Positions 11,172-19,120 of a DNA stretch of 64,000 nt are shown here, piece after piece. The notes below the pieces were generated by a model that saw nothing but the letters and a program-made list of their open reading frames with translations, ran no database searches and was not told where the DNA came from. Position numbers and translations under genes: made by a program. This DNA is from an uncultured Planctomycetota bacterium (lineage in GTDB: Bacteria; Planctomycetota; Phycisphaerae; Tepidisphaerales; Tepidisphaeraceae): NCBI GenBank assembly GCA_963841915.1, contig CAWJEN010000006.1, forward strand, positions 587,272 through 651,271. Direction: 5' to 3'. Every line of letters begins with the position of its first letter. The stretch's first letter is position 1.

Positions 11172-12305
11172 TCAGGACGAGAACACGTCGCCAAGCTGCA
11201 ACACGGGCAGCAGCACCGCCAGGGCGATGAGCAACACGACGCCGCCGAGGATGACGACGATCGCCGGCTCGATCAGCGAGCCGAGTCGTTTGGCCGTGTC
11301 GTCGACGTCGGCCTCGTAGCGTTTGGCGAGTCGTAGCAGGGCGGTGTCGAGCGTGCCGGTCGTGGTGCCGACGTCGACGGTCTCAATCATCAACGGCGGC
11401 AGCGTGCCGGCGTGGCGGATCGCTTCGGCTGGGTCGTCGCCTGCGTCGACACTGGCGTGCCAACGAGCAAGCGCGTCGGCAATCTGCGTGTTGCGACACG
11501 CCTCGGCCGCTAGACCGATCGACTCAATGAGGTTCAGGCCGCACCGCACGCACGTCGCCAGCAACACCAGCGACTGAGCCAGCGCGTGTTTTTGTAGCAA
11601 CGGCCCGACCACGGGGATGCTGCCTGTGATGATGTCGAAAGAGCGCTTGCCCGAGGCCTTCCGCAGCCAGTACCGGCCGAGGAAGAAGCCGGCAACCGCG
11701 AGCAGTATCAACAGCCAGCCGTAGCTGATCAGCAGCGTGCTGATGCCACTGACGATTACGGTCGGCAGCGGCAATGCCCGGTTCGCCTCGCGGATCGGGC
11801 CCAGAATCGTCGGCACCACGAAGGCGAACAGCAAGAGCGTGACGACCAGCGCGATTGACAGCACCACCGCCGGGTAGGCCAAAGCCGACGTGGCCGCCTT
11901 CCGCAGCCGCGCAGCCGACTCGCGGCGATCTGCGAGCTGGCCCAGCGCCTCTTCCATGACGCCCGCCCGCTCGGCGGCGCGTAGCGCCGCGACGTCTGCG
12001 ACGCCGAACAGCGCCTCATGATCGGCCAATGCGTCGGCCAGAGAATCACCTTCGCGAACCCGTCGAAGCAGGTCCGACAGCACGTCGGCGAATCGACCGG
12101 TAACCTGACCGGCGAGCGTGGCGATCGAACGCCGCATGTCGATGCCAGCGTCGAGCTGCGTGGCCAACAGGCGGTAAAACTGCGCAATGTCGGCCGACTT
12201 CACGCCGCGACCACCCACGGCCGAGGCGGTGACGTCACCGATGCGCTCGCGGATGCCCGTTCGCTTGGCGTAGTCCAGCGGCGTTGGTGGAGGAAATGCG
12301 TTCAA
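11172..12305 (-). CDS. type II secretion / type IV pilus platform protein, GspF/PilC family
   Basis: 377 aa with the duplicated T2SS-F domain pattern (FYRLLATQLDAGIDMRRSIATLA and SLVLLATCVRCGLNLIESIGLAA) and three hydrophobic segments. Confidence 0.8.
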   Translation of the reverse strand: MNAFPPPTPLDYAKRTGIRERIGDVTASAVGGRGVKSADIAQFYRLLATQLDAGIDMRRSIATLAGQVTGRFADVLSDLLRRVREGDSLADALADHEALFGVADVAALRAAERAGVMEEALGQLADRRESAARLRKAATSALAYPAVVLSIALVVTLLLFAFVVPTILGPIREANRALPLPTVIVSGISTLLISYGWLLILLAVAGFFLGRYWLRKASGKRSFDIITGSIPVVGPLLQKHALAQSLVLLATCVRCGLNLIESIGLAAEACRNTQIADALARWHASVDAGDDPAEAIRHAGTLPPLMIETVDVGTTTGTLDTALLRLAKRYEADVDDTAKRLGSLIEPAIVVILGGVVLLIALAVLLPVLQLGDVFSS

Positions 12306-12381
12306 AGGTGTTTCACCCTACGAAGCGTCACGCAATGGCAGCGACCCTCGCCTCCGGTGTCATGCCTCGTAACCTCGCGGC

Positions 12382-13362
12382 ATGGCCACTTCGCACTCCG
12401 TCGGCATCATCGGCGTCAGCGGCTACGGCGGGGGCGAAGCGCTTCGGCTGTTGGCACATCACCCGCAGTTCGAGATCACGCGCGTCTACGGCAGCGGCTC
12501 GACGGGCAAGCGGGTCGGCGAATTGCACCCGGCGTTGGCGAGCGTCGCGCCCGAGGTGGCGAAGCTACAGATCGAGGCGTTCGAGCCGGAGGCGTGTGAT
12601 GTCGATGCACTCGTGGCTTCAATGCCGACCGGCAAAAGCCGGGAAGCCTTGGCCGCGGTGCCGTCGGGCGTGAAGATCGTCGATGTCGGCGGCGACCATC
12701 GCTTCGTCGACGGCTGGACCTACGGCATGGCTGATCTGTGGCCGGAGCAGGTCGCGACCGCGACACGGATCAGCAATCCTGGCTGCTACCCGACGGCGAC
12801 GCTGCTGGCACTGGCACCTTTGGCCGCGGCGAAATTGATCGAGAGCGGGCCGGTCATCGTCGATGCCAAGAGCGGCGTCAGCGGCGCCGGGCGTGGCGGC
12901 GGGGAGCAGCTCGGCTACGCCGACACGAACGAGTCGATGCACGCTTACAAGCCGCTGGTTCATGGGCACGAGCCGGAGATGGCGAGCGGTCTCGCCGCGG
13001 CGGGAAGTGACGCGGGCGTGGCGTTCGTGCCGCATTTGGTGCCGATGACGCGGGGGTTGTTGGCGACGTGTTACGTTCGATCCGCGGCTGGCGCAGCGGC
13101 GTGTGCGGAGGCGGCACGTAAGACGTATGCGGCGTCGCCGTTTGTCGTGATTAGCGATCGGCCGCCGTTGACGAAGTGGGCGAGCGGGTCGAACTTCGCG
13201 TTCGTCCACTACGCGGCTGACGAGTCGCGCCGGTTGATTGTGGCGACGTGCGCGATCGACAATCTTGGCAAGGGCGCGGCCGGTCAGGCGGTGCAGAATC
13301 TCAACCTGATGTTCGGCCTCGACGCCGCGGCAGGTCTTGCGACACTGCCGCTGTGGCCGTGA
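12382..13362 (+). CDS. argC: N-acetyl-gamma-glutamyl-phosphate reductase
   Basis: Contains IIGVSGYGGGEALRLL and the catalytic Cys in ISNPGCYPTA. The C-terminus DNLGKGAAGQAVQNLNLMFG is characteristic. Confidence 0.93.
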   Translation: MATSHSVGIIGVSGYGGGEALRLLAHHPQFEITRVYGSGSTGKRVGELHPALASVAPEVAKLQIEAFEPEACDVDALVASMPTGKSREALAAVPSGVKIVDVGGDHRFVDGWTYGMADLWPEQVATATRISNPGCYPTATLLALAPLAAAKLIESGPVIVDAKSGVSGAGRGGGEQLGYADTNESMHAYKPLVHGHEPEMASGLAAAGSDAGVAFVPHLVPMTRGLLATCYVRSAAGAAACAEAARKTYAASPFVVISDRPPLTKWASGSNFAFVHYAADESRRLIVATCAIDNLGKGAAGQAVQNLNLMFGLDAAAGLATLPLWP

Positions 13363-13371
13363 TCGATCAAT

Positions 13372-14217
13372 TTACAGCAGTTCGGCGAGGCCTGCGTAGA
13401 AGTCGAGCCGGTCGAGGTCGACTGTGTCGGGGCCGTACCAGTTTCCAAAGACACGGATGACGTCTTCGCGGCCACCGTTGAAGCGGAGCGAGCGGTTGGC
13501 CGTCGCCAGATCCAGGTGTCGGTCGGCGACGCAAAGCTCGCCCAGATCGATAAGCCCCGTGCGGTCGCCTAAGTCGGCCAACACGTTGGGCAGACAGTAA
13601 TCGGCATGACTGACAACGTAGTCGGCGTCGGTCGGCACACGTTTCTGCAGCTTCGCAAGCAGCTTGGCCGCCGCCTTGGGATCGCCACCGACACGAAGGT
13701 TGCTGGAGTTGACAGACCCGTTGGCGACACGCTTTTCGGCGGTTGCAATGAGATCATCAGGTGATTGCTTCGCCAGACCGTCGGTCGGGCGGCCGTGCAG
13801 CCAGCGGAGCGCGTTGCCCATGAGGCGACCAACACGGATCGGCGTCTCGGCCATCGCCTCGTGCAACGGTCGCCCGGGAACAGCCGTGGTCAGCAGATAC
13901 GACCACGTTCCGGCCACCAAGCCGGCTTTGCCAGCCTCTACACGGCGTTGTTCGAAGGCAAGGATCGACGGCACGTTCGGGTCAATGTCCGGATCCGTCC
14001 GGCTCACGAGCCAGCCGATGCGGTCACGTTCGTCGCACAACGGACAGTCTCTGCCCTCGGCCGCGAAAAACACCTTGAGAAATACGGGCCCGCTCTCGCC
14101 TTCGATGTGAAAGACGTCGGCACCCGAGCAGCCGTGGTGTCTGCGGCCGACGTCGGCCTTCAGGTGTGCACGGACCGACTCGGGAACATGACTCGGCAGG
14201 GGCGTCGGCAGCGGCAT
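13372..14217 (-). CDS. aminoglycoside 3'-phosphotransferase-like kinase (APH family)
   Basis: Trimmed to the ATG at 14217. The longer form would run through the terminator hairpin at 14395-14423. Contains GCSGADVFHI, VSHADYCLPNVL (HxDxxxxN) and IDLGELCVADRHLDLA. Confidence 0.75.
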   Translation of the reverse strand: MPLPTPLPSHVPESVRAHLKADVGRRHHGCSGADVFHIEGESGPVFLKVFFAAEGRDCPLCDERDRIGWLVSRTDPDIDPNVPSILAFEQRRVEAGKAGLVAGTWSYLLTTAVPGRPLHEAMAETPIRVGRLMGNALRWLHGRPTDGLAKQSPDDLIATAEKRVANGSVNSSNLRVGGDPKAAAKLLAKLQKRVPTDADYVVSHADYCLPNVLADLGDRTGLIDLGELCVADRHLDLATANRSLRFNGGREDVIRVFGNWYGPDTVDLDRLDFYAGLAELL

Positions 14218-14394
14218 ACAGCGGGGCGCGTCGGTGGTGGAAAGACACGCGGCAGGTCGCCAGCACCGTAGGTCGTCCGTCGCCCGGCGACGAAACACCT
14301 GCCAACGCTGTCGGTCGAGTGTCGCACGCACCCGCCGCCGTCGTTCGGGACGACTGGCAGACAAAACGTCGAATGGGTCCGGCAACAAGAACAC

Positions 14395-14423
14395 GCGCCC
14401 CGCTGCATCGGCAAGCGGGGCGC
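14395..14423 (-). terminator. GC-rich hairpin downstream of the lipoprotein gene
   Basis: 10-bp stem GCGCCCCGCT (14395-14404) / AGCGGGGCGC (14414-14423) with a 9-nt loop. It is followed on the minus strand by GTGTTCTTGTTG and lies 25 bp below the stop at 14448. Confidence 0.5.
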
Positions 14424-14447
14424 GCGACTTGATCAGCGAAGCTCAAG

Positions 14448-14870
14448 CTACTTCTGCAAGCCCCAACGGGCGTAGAAGGCGTCCTTCAACGCGTTGTCAC
14501 CCAGGACCGTGATGCCGGGGATCGGGCTCTTGCTGCCCATAATCTTAAAGTCTTCGCCGCTGATCTTGCCGCTGTCGGCGACGGCGGCGAGGTCCTGGTC
14601 CTCGGGGATGACGACGAGCAGGCGGTTGCCCTCCGTGCTCTTGACCTCGGCGTAGCCAGGCGTCTCGTAGACGACCGCCCCGGCCTCTGCGTCAGTAAAG
14701 TCGCTGGGCTTGCCCATCTGCATGTCGACGGCCATCTTGCCCTCGCTCAATTCCATCTCCTCGCCGTCGACGACGATCAGGTCGTCATTGTCGTTGGATG
14801 AGTTGGACGAACAGCCGGCGGTGACGAGAGCGGCGGCAAAGAGGGCGGCGGTGGTGAGGCGGTGGTTCAT
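14448..14870 (-). CDS. small lipoprotein, unknown function
   Basis: Trimmed to the ATG at 14870. MNHRLTTAALFAAALVTAGCSS contains the lipobox L-V-T-A-G-C. Confidence 0.65.
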   Translation of the reverse strand: MNHRLTTAALFAAALVTAGCSSNSSNDNDDLIVVDGEEMELSEGKMAVDMQMGKPSDFTDAEAGAVVYETPGYAEVKSTEGNRLLVVIPEDQDLAAVADSGKISGEDFKIMGSKSPIPGITVLGDNALKDAFYARWGLQK

Positions 14871-15135
14871 GTGCTGGTGGTGCAGGTGCTTGGCGACGGA
14901 ATCGTTGGACAAGCGTCCGTCGCGGCCAGTGTTGTCAGGTCGTCGCTCGCTCGCCAGCACGCGATGTTAATGTTCCGTGAATCCGGCAATCGGGCCGACC
15001 AATTCACGCTTCGACCTAAACAAGCCTCAGCTCCAACGCTCATCAAACCCTAACGGGCCTGCTTCTACTCTGCGAACGTCCAAGGTTGCGGCACCTGTCG
15101 CCGCGACGCCTAGGCCGACCCTCGTTACGCAGATT

Positions 15136-16113
15136 ATGACCAACACCACCACGTTTAAGCGCATCACCACCGCCGCCCTGACGGCTGTGGCCACCCTCGC
15201 CGTCGGCGCCCACGCCGCCAGCGAGATCGATCCCAACCTGCCCAAGTACGAACAAGCCAGCGGCGTCAGCGGTGACCTCCGCAGCGTCGGTAGCGACACG
15301 CTGTCCAACCTCATGACGCGGTGGGGCGAAAAGTTCTACGGCTATTACCCGCAGATCAGCTTCGAGGCCGAGTCTAAGGGCTCCAGCACCGCACCGCCCG
15401 CACTCATCGAAGGCATTGCCGAGATGGGTCCGATGAGCCGGCGGATGAAGGGCGAAGAGGAAGACAAGTTCCGCGACGAGTTCGGGTACGAGCCGACGCT
15501 TGTCCGCACCGGCATCGATGCCATCGCCGTCTTCGTCCACAAGGACAATCCGGTCGAGAGCCTTACTGTCGAAGACCTCAAGAGCATCTACAGCGTCGAA
15601 GGCGCAGAGGGCATCACGTGGGGCGACGTCGGTGTGACCGACGCCGCCTTCAAGGACCAACCGATCAGCCTCTACGGCCGCAACGCCGCCAGTGGCACCT
15701 ACGGCTACTTCAAGGAAGCGGCCCTCGGCAAGATCGACTTCAAGCCGACCGTTAAAGAGCAGCCCGGCAGCTCCGCCGTCGTGCAAGGCACCGGTAGCGA
15801 CCGCTTCGGAGTCGGTTATTCGGGTGTCGGCTATGCGACGCCGAACGTCAAGGCCGTTCCAATCATCGGTGCCGACGGCAACGCCTACGACCCGCTCAGC
15901 GAGGACGACGTCTACAGCGACAACTACCCGCTGGCACGGTTCCTGTACATCTACGTCAACAAGGCCCCGAACCAGCCGCTCGACCGCAACGTCGGCGAGT
16001 TCATGAAACTCATCCTCTCCCAGGAGGGCCAGGAAGTCGTCGCACAGGAGAACTTCTACCCGCTCTCGGCCTTTATCGCCGAGGAAGAGCTGGCCAAGCT
16101 CGGGCTGAAGTAG
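15136..16113 (+). CDS. pstS: phosphate ABC transporter substrate-binding protein PstS
   Basis: Trimmed to the ATG at 15136 (signal peptide MTNTTTFKRITTAALTAVATLAVGAHA). Contains GSDTLSNLMTRWGE, GSSTAPPALIEG and YPLARFLYIYVN. It lies first in the pst cluster. Confidence 0.9.
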   Translation: MTNTTTFKRITTAALTAVATLAVGAHAASEIDPNLPKYEQASGVSGDLRSVGSDTLSNLMTRWGEKFYGYYPQISFEAESKGSSTAPPALIEGIAEMGPMSRRMKGEEEDKFRDEFGYEPTLVRTGIDAIAVFVHKDNPVESLTVEDLKSIYSVEGAEGITWGDVGVTDAAFKDQPISLYGRNAASGTYGYFKEAALGKIDFKPTVKEQPGSSAVVQGTGSDRFGVGYSGVGYATPNVKAVPIIGADGNAYDPLSEDDVYSDNYPLARFLYIYVNKAPNQPLDRNVGEFMKLILSQEGQEVVAQENFYPLSAFIAEEELAKLGLK

Positions 16114-16189
16114 ATGTTGCTCTTTGTACCTGAGCGTGGCGACGGTTAATGCCGTTGCCACGCCTTCTGGGAATGACCTGCTGCCGTCT

Positions 16190-19117
16190 ATGGCCGACAC
16201 GAATCAAGACGAACAGACCAGCGGCTACGGCGGCGCCTTCACCGGGCGGCCGCGCAGGCGAACGACGCGCACCAGTGTCAAGGTCATCGACGCCGTCGCC
16301 AAGTACGGCATCACGGCAGGCGGGCTCGGCGTCATCGGCGCGCTCGCGCTCATCATGGTCTTTCTCGTGTCGGTTGTCGTGCCGTTGTTCGGCGACGCCG
16401 AGGTGGAAGGACAACTCGCGACGGACCTGCCGCCGAGCGATGGCAGACCCGTCGCCATGGCGCTCGATCGCAACCTCCGGGCGGCCTGGACGCTCAGCGC
16501 CGAGGGGAGCTTGCAATCGCTCATGGTCGAACCTGCCGACGACGAGGATGCACCGGGTCGCGTGACACCGGTCGCCACGCAAATGCTCGGTGGCGACGGG
16601 ACGATCACCGCCAAGTCCGTAGACAAGGACGCGATCGCCCTGGGCTTTGCCTCGGGCAAAGTGATGCTCGGCACGATCGGCTTTTCGCTGGACTACCTCA
16701 ACGAGCGGCCGACGGAGCTGCGCCATCTGGAGTACGGCCAGGCGGTCAGCTACGACGGTGGCGTGGCCGACCTGACGCGGCAAGGCACGGTCCGCCTGAC
16801 CAAGCTCGACGCACAGCTGGCCGACCCGATTGATCTGCTCGAAGGTGGCCTGGTAGAGCAGCAGCCCATCACGCACATCGACTACGCGGGCGGAGCCGGC
16901 TACGGCGGCGGGACCGCGGTGCTCGCCGCACGCCTGCAGGACGGCCGACTGTTCTGGGCGCAGTCGACGACCAAGCGGGACATGCGGACGGGTGAGCCGC
17001 GGACGACGCTGCGTCGCTATGAGCTGCCGTCGCCTCAGCGTCACGACGCCGACGCCGAAGTCGCCGGCCTCATGCTCGGCCGCGAGGGTGACTTTGTCTT
17101 CCTGCTTTTCGCCGACGGTCACCTTGTCTGGTACGACGCGACGGCCCTCAAGAAGGTGCGACGCGGGGTCGAGCCGCAAGCGATCATCGCCCAGGAGCTC
17201 GACACGCTCGACGCAAACTTGAGCGTCTCCGCCGCCGAGATGTTGGCCGGTGACTACACGCTGATTGTGGCCGACTCCGAAGGCGGCGTCAGCGGCTGGT
17301 TCCCAGCTGCGCCTGCCGAGGAGGGTGGCAGCTGGTCGGTCGAGCAGGTGCACGTCCTTGAACCTCAGCCGGCGCCGATCACGTCGATCAGCGTCAGCCA
17401 GCGCGACCGGCAGTTCCTCACCGGCGACGCCGATGGCAACGTGTGGCTGCGTCACATGACGAGCAATACGACGCAGGCGAAGCTCGATGGGGCTCGCGGC
17501 AACATCGTGGTCTCGGCAACGGCTCCGTCGATGGACGCAGCCGCAGTCATTACGGCCGACGGTCAGCTCGCGATGTGGCAGCTCGACAATCCGCACGCCG
17601 ACGGCAAGCTGCGTCAGCTGTTTCTGCCGGTGCACTACGAAGGTCGGGCGGCTGAGAGCTTTGTGTACCAGTCGAGCAGTGCCGGTGACGACGCCGAGCC
17701 CAAGTACAGCCTCGTCCCGCTCGTGTGGGGCACGATGAAGGCGACCATCTACGCGATGTTGTTCGCAACGCCGATCGCGATCCTGGCGGCGATCTACTCC
17801 AGCGAGTTCATGCAGCCGGGCGTGCGGAGCGTGGTGAAACCGGGCATCGAGATGATGGCCGGCTTGCCGTCGGTCGTGCTCGGATACATCGCAGCTCAGG
17901 TGCTCGCGCCGTTCGCCGAAGACGTGCTGGGCGGCTTGCTGGTGACGTTCGCGGCAGTGCCGGTGGGCGTGATGGTATTTGGCTTCCTCTGGCAGCTCGT
18001 GCCACCGAGCGAGGTGAACAGGCAGGGCGGCTTCTGGGCGCTGGGCGGCCTCGGGCTCGTCGGCTTGGCCGGCCTTTTCTTCTTCGGCGGTACGGTGCCG
18101 ATGCCAGTCGTGATTGTCTTCGTTGTACTCGCGGCGATTCTGGCCGGCTTTGTCTTCGGTATGGGCGAAGACGTTGGGCCGTTCATGCCGTTCATCGTGA
18201 TGGCCGAGCTGGTGTTGGCGAGCATCCTCCTCGGTCTGGCGCTCGGCCCGGCGTTTGAGGCGATCCTCTTCGGTGGCGACCTGCGTGGCTGGCTGCGGGG
18301 CGACCCGAGCGGCTGGGTCGCACAGATGCCTTTGTGGTTCCAGGCCGTTCCCGGCTGGACGTTGCTGCTGACGCCGATCCTGACGGTAACGCTCGTGCTC
18401 GTCTTCAACCTCTACGTCCGTCCGAACATGAAGCTGTTCGACGGCGTGAACCGGTCGCGGACGCAAATCGCCGTCATTGATCTCATTCGCTTCGTCGTCA
18501 TCGGCATCGTCGGCCTGCTCGCCGCCGCCGCGGTTGGCAGCCTGTTCAGCCTCATCGGCGAGTGGACCGGTTACCGCTTCGACCTTCGAAGTGATCCGCT
18601 CGACCCGCTCACGGGCGGCGTCGTCGACTCCAACGGCGTCTTCGGCAGCTTCGACCCGCGCAACGCGCTCAACGTCGGCATGATCATGGGATTTGCTATC
18701 ATCCCGATCATCTACACCGTCAGCGAAGACGCCTTGACGGCCGTGCCCAACACGTTGCGGTCGGCGAGCCTCGGTGCCGGCGCGACGCCGTGGCAGACGG
18801 CCATTCGCGTCGTGCTGCCGGTGGCGATCAGCGGCATTTTCTCGGCCTGCATGATCGGCCTCGGCCGCGCGGTCGGTGAGACGATGATCGTCCTGATGGC
18901 TGCCGGTAATACGGCCACCATGAACCTCAACGTCTTCGACGGCATGCGAACCCTCGCCGCCAACGTGGCGACGGAAATGCCCGAAGCGCCGCAGGGCGGC
19001 ACGCACTATCGCATCCTGTTTCTCAGCGGCGTCGTGCTGTTCGCGATGACGTTCCTCGTGAACACGGCCGCGGAATTCGTTCGCATCCGCTTCAGAAAGA
19101 GGGCGTTTCAGCTGTAA
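16190..19117 (+). CDS. pstC: phosphate ABC transporter permease PstC, long form with about 440-aa periplasmic insertion
   Basis: The C-terminal part is a classical PstC core (PIIYTVSEDALTAVPNTLRSASLGAGATPWQT..., GETMIVLMAAGN). After TM1 (about 16300-16390) comes a soluble segment (about 16391-17720) with repeated DG-x-L-x-W motifs. The start is set at ATG 16190; the ORF track starts at TTG 16124. Confidence 0.88.
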   Translation: MADTNQDEQTSGYGGAFTGRPRRRTTRTSVKVIDAVAKYGITAGGLGVIGALALIMVFLVSVVVPLFGDAEVEGQLATDLPPSDGRPVAMALDRNLRAAWTLSAEGSLQSLMVEPADDEDAPGRVTPVATQMLGGDGTITAKSVDKDAIALGFASGKVMLGTIGFSLDYLNERPTELRHLEYGQAVSYDGGVADLTRQGTVRLTKLDAQLADPIDLLEGGLVEQQPITHIDYAGGAGYGGGTAVLAARLQDGRLFWAQSTTKRDMRTGEPRTTLRRYELPSPQRHDADAEVAGLMLGREGDFVFLLFADGHLVWYDATALKKVRRGVEPQAIIAQELDTLDANLSVSAAEMLAGDYTLIVADSEGGVSGWFPAAPAEEGGSWSVEQVHVLEPQPAPITSISVSQRDRQFLTGDADGNVWLRHMTSNTTQAKLDGARGNIVVSATAPSMDAAAVITADGQLAMWQLDNPHADGKLRQLFLPVHYEGRAAESFVYQSSSAGDDAEPKYSLVPLVWGTMKATIYAMLFATPIAILAAIYSSEFMQPGVRSVVKPGIEMMAGLPSVVLGYIAAQVLAPFAEDVLGGLLVTFAAVPVGVMVFGFLWQLVPPSEVNRQGGFWALGGLGLVGLAGLFFFGGTVPMPVVIVFVVLAAILAGFVFGMGEDVGPFMPFIVMAELVLASILLGLALGPAFEAILFGGDLRGWLRGDPSGWVAQMPLWFQAVPGWTLLLTPILTVTLVLVFNLYVRPNMKLFDGVNRSRTQIAVIDLIRFVVIGIVGLLAAAAVGSLFSLIGEWTGYRFDLRSDPLDPLTGGVVDSNGVFGSFDPRNALNVGMIMGFAIIPIIYTVSEDALTAVPNTLRSASLGAGATPWQTAIRVVLPVAISGIFSACMIGLGRAVGETMIVLMAAGNTATMNLNVFDGMRTLAANVATEMPEAPQGGTHYRILFLSGVVLFAMTFLVNTAAEFVRIRFRKRAFQL

Positions 19118-19120
19118 CCG

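Noticed and set aside
14976-15008. Inverted repeat CGTGAAT-N19-ATTCACG upstream of pstS as a possible Pho box
   Set aside because: It bears no resemblance to the direct-repeat CTGTCAT-type Pho box. At 7 bp it could be chance, and the PhoB consensus for this lineage is unknown. I noted it but make no claim.
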